Shown: positions 57,026 to 64,000 of the stretch, one piece after another
Position numbering within the stretch: position 1 is the stretch's first letter
Layout of the letters: every line of letters begins with the position of its first letter
The notes under the pieces: model-generated
What the model was told of the DNA's origin: nothing
The model's database searches: none
The model's input: the letters and a program-made list of their open reading frames with translations, nothing else
Position numbers and translations under genes: made by a program
From: Piedraia hortae CBS 480.64
Taxonomy: Eukaryota
Reading direction: 5' to 3'
Assembly (NCBI GenBank): GCA_010093745.1
Contig: MU005957.1
Location: 124,001-188,000 of the forward strand
DNA: 64,000 nt

Positions 57026-58689
57026 CTACTCCTCTGCATGACTGCCCCTCGCTCCTCCCGTCTTCGCTGCAACGATATCATCAACCCTGAGCAACAAACA
57101 CGCAGCTTCGATAGCTGTCTTCACGCTCTGTAGTTTAATCGCCTGGGGTTCCCAGACACCAAGGTCTTTCATATCCACCACCTTGCCCGCATCGCCATCC
57201 ACGCCCCACGAGCAGTGTCCCGTCGGCGTCGCCGCGTGCTTCGCTCTCAGCTGGGTAAGCAGCCGTATGGGCTCTGCACCTGCGTTGCGCACCAAAGTGC
57301 GCGGCACCACCTCCATTGCATCCGCAATGGCTCTGTAGGGCCACTGCTGCACGCCCTCAATCGTCTTCGCTTTCGCAGCGAGACGGACGGCAATAGCCAT
57401 CTCGGTTGCGCCGCCGCCGGGGGAGAGATGGGGATGGAACAGCACGTTCCGCGCAACCGACATCGCGTCAATGAGGTTTCGTTCGATTTCGTTTAGAATG
57501 TCCTTGCTAGGCCCGCGCAGGAGGACGGTGCAGGCTTTGGGCGTTTTGCATTTGGTGAGAAAGGTAAAGTATTCGTCTCCAATCTTGGAAATTTGGAAGC
57601 TGCCGCAGTTTGTTCCAACGTCCGACTCGGAGAGATCGTAGACTGAATTCACTATTGTTGCTCCCGTTGCCCGCGCGATGCGGTTGTTGTCTGTTTTGCG
57701 CACTCGGCGAAGGGCCGTAATGTTCGCTTTCAAGAGGTAATGCTGCGCTAGGTCCGAGACACCCTTTTCAGTGATGACGAGGTCGGGCTTGACGGCAATG
57801 ATGGCATCACACATGGACTTTACTTGCTCTTCTTCAATCTGTAGGATGCGGTTCCAATCTTCTTCTTTGCTGATTTCGATGTTGGTTGCGCTTTCGCCTT
57901 TTTTGTATTCCAATGTGCAGTCCAGGAGGACGATGCGCGGGTTTGTGATTTGACGTCGCATCTTGGGATGAGTGATGTCCTTGTTCAGCATCACGCCGTC
58001 GAGGACTTGGCTGTCGGCGATTTCGCCGCCGGGGACTTTTTCTACGCGCGCGTAGCGCTTGATATCGACCTCCTTCTTCCCTCCGCCAATGTCGTGCGCG
58101 ACCGTTCGCACGGCGGTGAGCGCCAGCTGGCACATGAGGTCCGAGTAGCGGCTGGTAAACTTGGTGCCGATGGAAGTGGCGATCAACTCGCGCATCGCCT
58201 CGTCGTCCTTGACATCTACAGGGATCGAGACATCCTGGATGACCTGCAGAGCATCGGCCAGGGCGCGTTTGAACGCCTGGATGATGACTACCGGGTGGAT
58301 GTTGCGCTCCAGCTGGGGCAGGCTAAGGGCAAGGATCTCTCCTGCAAGGATAATCACCGTCGTCGTGCCGTCGCCAACTTCCTCGTCCTGTGTCCGCGCC
58401 AGTTCAATCATGCTCTTGGCGGCTGGATGGGCGACTTCGATCTCGCGCAGAATGGCATGACCGTCGTTGGTCAGCACGATCCCGCCCATCGGATCCAGCA
58501 ACATCTTTAACATGGCCTTGGGCCCTAGACATGATCGAATGATGTCGGCCACTGTCTTGGCCGCCGTGATGTTTGACACCTGTGCCTGTCGTCCCGTTTT
58601 CCGCTCCCCAGTCTGCGTGTCTGCAACAGTCAGCCAGGTGCAGCTGCCAGCTCGAGAAACTCACTCATAACAACCACCGGCGCCTGCAT
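57026..58689 (-). CDS. CCT3: Chaperonin CCT/TRiC gamma subunit
   Basis: MQAPVVVM/N (intron 58621-58664), [23 protein letters not shown] and [14 protein letters not shown]. Confidence 0.97.
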
Positions 58690-58862
58690 CGTGGCTGTTT
58701 TGCTTCGCGATTGAATCAAAAAAAAGTTGAAGTCATGCAGGCCCGTGCGGCGGTAGATCTGATCGATAAGATTGATCGATAAGATGAGATTGATACGCTG
58801 GCGTACTAGACCAATTGTAACCACTCATCTTCTTGTATTGTCTATTCATCTACTACATCATC

Positions 58863-61800
58863 TTATACATAGCCTGCCCATGAACCACGTCGTGAAATCG
58901 TCTTACGCACCCATTCCAACCCTTTACCAAGTACTCCAAACCCAAACGACCAGTTCTTAACCCTGACACTCAACACAAACGCATACACAAGCACCCAATT
59001 GCTCAACACGAACACCGCAAAAATACCACAATCCCTCCACTTCTCCCCAGTATTATTCACATTTAGCGTACGTAAAAACTCCTGCCCATTTTTGTACGGA
59101 CAGTAGCCACACACCGCCCCGTCTGAGCCTGTCAGGTACCCTCCAGCGGCACGCACAAAAGAAGCCGCGTAGTCCGCACAAGTTATTCCCGACGGGGGCG
59201 TAAATCTCGCCATCTCACTCCCCGCACAGCGGACCTCTGTATTCTGCAATGTCGCTGACAAAACGCCCCTGATCCACCACATGGATGGGTTCAGCCAGTA
59301 CATCCATGCACGCCAGAACTGCGGCATGGCTGCATAGGGTACCAGGACGCCGTTGAAGATTGAAAAGATGACGAAGAAAAACGGTAGGACGTTGCTGACG
59401 ACGGTAAAGGATGGTGCAAAGGCACTGATCCACTGACCCCAGCTGGACATGAAGAGGAACATGAACCATGTCATTAAGAACACGTACCCAGCCGCTGAAT
59501 GGGGGAGGCCGGCGGGGAAGTACCAGAGCAGAAAGTAGAGCACCGCTTGCGCTGTGGCTTGTGGGATCTCCCCTACAACTTGCGCGGTGGTAAAGGCTAT
59601 CCAGCCGTAGATGCGTGAGGGATGCTCGCGCGCTTGCCATAGGGATAGGTTGGAGAAGAACTTGGGTACAACGGCATTGACGACGGTGGCGGGTATGGTG
59701 AGGATGAGGAAGGACGTGAACATTCGGTTCTGCATGTCCTGCACAGTGTGTCCTAGCTTGTAGAATGTGAAGCCGTTGAATATGCCGATGATGACGGCCA
59801 CGAACAATTTGCCATACACGTAGCTGGGATTGCGCCAATATTGTCTGAAAAGTCGCTTGGTGAGTTCAACCGTCTGAAGGGTCACTGGTGCAGCAAACTC
59901 CATTTCGTCCTCGACGCTTTGAGTAGATGCGGCAGACTGGCTTTGCGTGAGTTTCAAAGACTCGATATCGTCAATAATTGCTTGTGCTTGAGGTGAAATA
60001 CGCCATTCCTCGGCCCAGTCTATCTTGGTACCGTCTGACCGGCGGTGAGGTTTCGCTGCTGTTTCGAGGATGAACTCTGCAACGTTCTTGTCGGGCGGAC
60101 AGTTGACGCCTCTGTGGGAAAAGTAGTCAATGACATCCTCGACGGAGCCAAAGTAGAATGCATTGCCGTGGATCAGTGCGAGGATCATGTCGAATTCCTG
60201 AATGAGCACTGAGGATGGCTGGTGGATGGTGCAGACTATTGCCTGGCCTGCGCGGGCGAGCTTCTTCAGAAACCGCACAATCGAATACGCACTCTGAGAA
60301 TCCAGTCCAGAAGTAGGCTCGTCTAGAAACAAAAGTAGTGAGGGTTTAGCTGCGAGCTCGACTCCTATTGTCAATCGTTTCCGTTGTTCAACGCCGAGGC
60401 TCTGGATGATGGCATCCTGAAGATCTTCCAGTTCAAGTAGATTAATAATCTGATCGACATAGGCAATTTTCTCCGCCTTAGGCGTGGAAGCAGGCTGTCT
60501 CAAGATAGCGGAGAATTCCAAAGCCTCGCGAATCGTGGCAGTATCGTCATGCAAATCGCCCTGCAAACAGAAGCCCGTGTTTCGTTGGAAATCAAGGCCA
60601 AGCGGTCGACCATCCACCAGCACGTCTCCCTTTACAACACCGGTAGTCTGCCTCTGAGCAAGGGTATTTAGAAGGGTAGTCTTGCCCGCTCCAGAGGCCC
60701 CAACCAAGGCAACCATGACACCCGGCTTAGCATAACCATTGATTTTATTCAAAAGCTTCTTCTCTCCACCAACATAGGGAACCGTGTACTCGACATCACG
60801 CCAGGTGAAGACCGATTTACTTTGAGTAATCTGTTGCAACGCACTATCCTCTTCGCCTGAGTACTCTGCCGCTTTCTCAGAAGAAGTCTCTCCGCCCATC
60901 TCCTCATCAGCAGGAGCGGTAGCAACCTCTCTCTTCGCCCTCTTTGAGCGTTTAAACACGAGCGCTCCGCCGCCAGACTTGCTAAAATCCACTACCTCGA
61001 CCGCAAAGATCGTGATGAGCATGTAGAGCACGCCAAACGCAACCAAGATGCCGAAATTCCTCCAGAGGTGCTTTCTGGAATACCCAAACGCCGAAGAAAG
61101 ATACTTTCCCCCAGTCACCGTGTGTCCATTCACATCGGCACCGGGAAACGCACAGCCCTGGTGCACGGGATCTGTGCCTCGACCTTGTGGGACAAGCTGA
61201 GAAGGTGCACACTGCATGTTGCGCCCGGCCATCTCGTTGCCCAGCACTCCCTCAAACGACGCACTGATTGGATTGATGTAGTACAACCAGCCAAACCAGA
61301 TGTATCTGCCCAGCAACTGCGTCTTGGGGATAACATATCCGGTGTATATGACCAGCAGATTCAATCCCAAACCAGAGAAGCGCACGGCGGAGTCAATTTC
61401 CGGGCTGATGCTCGCAAACATGCGGTAAAGCGCTGTGATGACGAGGGTCGTGGTGTAGACGAATAGACAGTAGATCCAGAACCGGCCGGCGTCGAGCGTG
61501 AGGTTCGTCATAAAATACATGATGAGCGCAAAAGGGAGGGCCTGAACAGCGACGATGGGAAGATCGGTGATGACCCGGGCAACGCTGACGGCTGACGGCC
61601 GGTAAAAGGCATAGTCTCGGTGCCGAGCGATGATGGCGCGGCCACTGACGGCCTTAATGAGCTCCGACATCTGGAACCAGCCGAGGAAGAGAATGCTCAT
61701 GAACAGTGTTCCGCCGCGGGAGAAGGCACCCTGCGTGTCGGAGGATTGGTTATAAAACATGGAGCCCACAATGAGGCCATTGGAGATGATGACAAACGCT

Positions 61801-63425
61801 TTGGTGTACAACGATGTCCTGTCGCCAAAGAAGAGCCAAAACTCGCGCTTAACGCAGGCCGAGACCTGGCGTGGAAAAGAGACTACGTAGGGCGAGCGAT
61901 TGGGGACATGCTTTGATTTTCCTGCTTGCACTGTGCCTTTGAACTCTTCTGCGTCTCTGTGGTTGGTCTGCGCGAGGTATTCTTCGTAGTCTTTCATGTC
62001 ATCTCGCATTTTGAGGTAGTGTGGCGACTGTCTGAAGGCGTCTTCCAGCTCTTTGGCCGTTTTTGGCGTGCTCGCCTTCATACCAGGTCTAAACTGCCGC
62101 TCCACGGGATTTGTCACGGCAGTGAGGAAGTCAGCAGTCGTCTGCCTTGGTGGACACTCAAATCCAATGTCGATAAAATACTGCTTCGCTTCTGACGCCT
62201 TGCCCATAAAGATCTCCCTCCCTTGATCAATAACGAGCACTTTATCGAAAAGGTCATATATCCCTTCGCCTGCTTGATAGAGCGTCACGAGCGTGGTTCT
62301 GTGCGTGATATCCGTCATGACCCTCAGGGAGCGGGCGTAATCCAGCGCAGTCGATGCATCAAGACCGCGAGTGGCATTGTCCCAGCAAATTATCGTAGAT
62401 TTGGACGCCATCGTCTCTGCAATTGACACCCTTTTCCTTTCACCTCCACTCACTCCGCGAGTATACTCATCCCCTACGACTGTAAGCCTCGTATGCTGAA
62501 TGCCAAACATCTTCATCAGCGCGTCTGCAATAATAAGTACATCTGGTCTGGCCTTCTTCTTTGTCTTGGTCATGAGCGCAAATTTCAGAGTTTGCCAGAC
62601 GTTCAGAGAGGGAAAGTGGACATCATCCTCGGGGTTATAGTTGACCTCTCCGCGGTATGTTTTCTTCTGCTTCTCAGCAGATATACCACCGTAAGAGACG
62701 TTGCCCTCAACAGAGGTAAAGCTGGCGCGATCGTTGGAGATGGACTTTAGGAATGTAGAACAGCCAGCTCCCGGACGGCCGAGCACGAGGAGCATCTCCC
62801 CTGGGCGAACGCAGCCATTGAAGTCGTGGAGGAGCACCCTTGTCTGCTCCCCCCTTCGCCTTAGTGGAGGTATGTAGCGGCAGAGTAGGTGGTAGAGATC
62901 TGGTCCAAACGTTCCCAGCACGGCATGCGGAAGCGTTCGAACAAAGGTTGCGGTAGATCCTGTGCCTTTGACGGTGAGGTTACGGTAAAGAACTCCAACC
63001 TTTTTGAATGCTGTGCGGGTGTCATATGGACCATTAAGAAGGAAGTCGTCAAGATGAAAGTCATTCTCCTCGGGTGCATTATCATGTGTATGCGATCCTC
63101 TGGAAGTGGCTGTGCCCTTTCTGGAAAGATGTCTCTGGAGCTCGGAATACTCGTACATAGCTTCTTGTGGTTCGACATGTTGGATATCTGGCTCGCCCCA
63201 GGTTCCGCGTGTTTGATCTCGATCCAATATGCTGCTATTGGGACCAGGTGCGTCGTCTGCGCTGCTCCAAGTTGGCCTTCGATTTGTACCGCTTGAATCA
63301 GCATTGTTCCCTATTGAACCAGAAAACTCTCTATCTTGATCCATCCAAACGCCATTATTTTCGCTCATTCTTGCATCTTCACAGTTCTTGTCTGTAGAGA
63401 CGCCACTTGATTCGTTGGGGCCCAT
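58863..63425 (-). CDS. Full-size PDR-type ABCG transporter
   Basis: NBD1 with GRPGAGCST, VSGGERKRVSIAE and CWDN; NBD2 with GASGAGKT, EQRKRLTIGVEL and LDEPTSGLD; NBD-TMD twice. Intronless, 1520 aa. Confidence 0.96.
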   Translation of the reverse strand: MGPNESSGVSTDKNCEDARMSENNGVWMDQDREFSGSIGNNADSSGTNRRPTWSSADDAPGPNSSILDRDQTRGTWGEPDIQHVEPQEAMYEYSELQRHLSRKGTATSRGSHTHDNAPEENDFHLDDFLLNGPYDTRTAFKKVGVLYRNLTVKGTGSTATFVRTLPHAVLGTFGPDLYHLLCRYIPPLRRRGEQTRVLLHDFNGCVRPGEMLLVLGRPGAGCSTFLKSISNDRASFTSVEGNVSYGGISAEKQKKTYRGEVNYNPEDDVHFPSLNVWQTLKFALMTKTKKKARPDVLIIADALMKMFGIQHTRLTVVGDEYTRGVSGGERKRVSIAETMASKSTIICWDNATRGLDASTALDYARSLRVMTDITHRTTLVTLYQAGEGIYDLFDKVLVIDQGREIFMGKASEAKQYFIDIGFECPPRQTTADFLTAVTNPVERQFRPGMKASTPKTAKELEDAFRQSPHYLKMRDDMKDYEEYLAQTNHRDAEEFKGTVQAGKSKHVPNRSPYVVSFPRQVSACVKREFWLFFGDRTSLYTKAFVIISNGLIVGSMFYNQSSDTQGAFSRGGTLFMSILFLGWFQMSELIKAVSGRAIIARHRDYAFYRPSAVSVARVITDLPIVAVQALPFALIMYFMTNLTLDAGRFWIYCLFVYTTTLVITALYRMFASISPEIDSAVRFSGLGLNLLVIYTGYVIPKTQLLGRYIWFGWLYYINPISASFEGVLGNEMAGRNMQCAPSQLVPQGRGTDPVHQGCAFPGADVNGHTVTGGKYLSSAFGYSRKHLWRNFGILVAFGVLYMLITIFAVEVVDFSKSGGGALVFKRSKRAKREVATAPADEEMGGETSSEKAAEYSGEEDSALQQITQSKSVFTWRDVEYTVPYVGGEKKLLNKINGYAKPGVMVALVGASGAGKTTLLNTLAQRQTTGVVKGDVLVDGRPLGLDFQRNTGFCLQGDLHDDTATIREALEFSAILRQPASTPKAEKIAYVDQIINLLELEDLQDAIIQSLGVEQRKRLTIGVELAAKPSLLLFLDEPTSGLDSQSAYSIVRFLKKLARAGQAIVCTIHQPSSVLIQEFDMILALIHGNAFYFGSVEDVIDYFSHRGVNCPPDKNVAEFILETAAKPHRRSDGTKIDWAEEWRISPQAQAIIDDIESLKLTQSQSAASTQSVEDEMEFAAPVTLQTVELTKRLFRQYWRNPSYVYGKLFVAVIIGIFNGFTFYKLGHTVQDMQNRMFTSFLILTIPATVVNAVVPKFFSNLSLWQAREHPSRIYGWIAFTTAQVVGEIPQATAQAVLYFLLWYFPAGLPHSAAGYVFLMTWFMFLFMSSWGQWISAFAPSFTVVSNVLPFFFVIFSIFNGVLVPYAAMPQFWRAWMYWLNPSMWWIRGVLSATLQNTEVRCAGSEMARFTPPSGITCADYAASFVRAAGGYLTGSDGAVCGYCPYKNGQEFLRTLNVNNTGEKWRDCGIFAVFVLSNWVLVYAFVLSVRVKNWSFGFGVLGKGLEWVRKTISRRGSWAGYV

Positions 63426-64000
63426 TTCCGAACCAACTCCCCCAAATCTTGATCGCCAAAGTGGACAAATGTCGAGAAAATGAAGAATTTTCTAGCTAAA
63501 GCAGTGGAAACGTGCGACAAGCACGACTACGAAAGGAACGTGAGAACAAACGCACCAGGTGTTGAAGGACCGTTGAGTCATAAATTTCACAATCGACGCT
63601 AATGCGCGATGATGCAACATGCAGGGACCCTTGGACAATAACGCAAGCCACAAGCCCACGTGGCCGCCGCATGGTTGGAAAGCCACGGGGATTCCTCACC
63701 ATTGAAGTGTGGATGGCCAGGTGCCGAAGTCGATTGAACCACCCAATACGTAACCCCCCTCTCCTACCCCCATGTACCTCCATCACGCTGGCCTCTGCTC
63801 ATTATATCTATACACCTCCCAGATACACCCCAACAACGTCTCCAGCTCCTCTGGCGTCCACCTATCCTCTGCACGGTCCAAAACTGCCGTCAGCTGCTCC
63901 ATCGTCTTTGGCGCGAGATTATGCACCATGAGAAACTCCGACTGTGACAAACACTTTGTTCCAAGGAAGGCTTTCTTTTGCTTAACCGTCTTGACTGTTT

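Overview
Gene-dense window from a filamentous ascomycete (eukaryotic; short GT-AG introns of 40-62 nt). The right 38 kb (26-64 kb) is a tightly packed housekeeping block: a Hub1/UBL5-like protein, VMA6, a PTH11-like receptor, SNF12/BAF60, VMS1, PKH/PDK1 kinase, NCL1, a GH72 glucanosyltransferase, an acyl-CoA dehydrogenase, mitochondrial SerRS, an FTS/AKTIP-like UEV, an MFS transporter, a JmjC protein, a TLC protein, CCT3 and a PDR-type ABC transporter. The left 26 kb is more accessory. It holds two J-domain genes and a head-to-tail array of three secreted pepsin-like (A1) aspartic proteases; a fourth paralogue lies at 37.3 kb, and all four share an intron position and a TATAAGTAG(AG)-like core promoter. 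It also holds a gene-poor island (~18.1-25.9 kb) with a dispersed 5S rRNA gene, a decayed hAT transposase, helically phased GTGAC arrays, a 516-bp element with 30-bp TIRs and a near-matching 9-bp TSD (Mutator-like), a hairpin-dense ~450-bp segment, and two small ORFs sharing an RVxF/FAxEVG motif. All calls come from reading the sequence by eye; no database searches were run.
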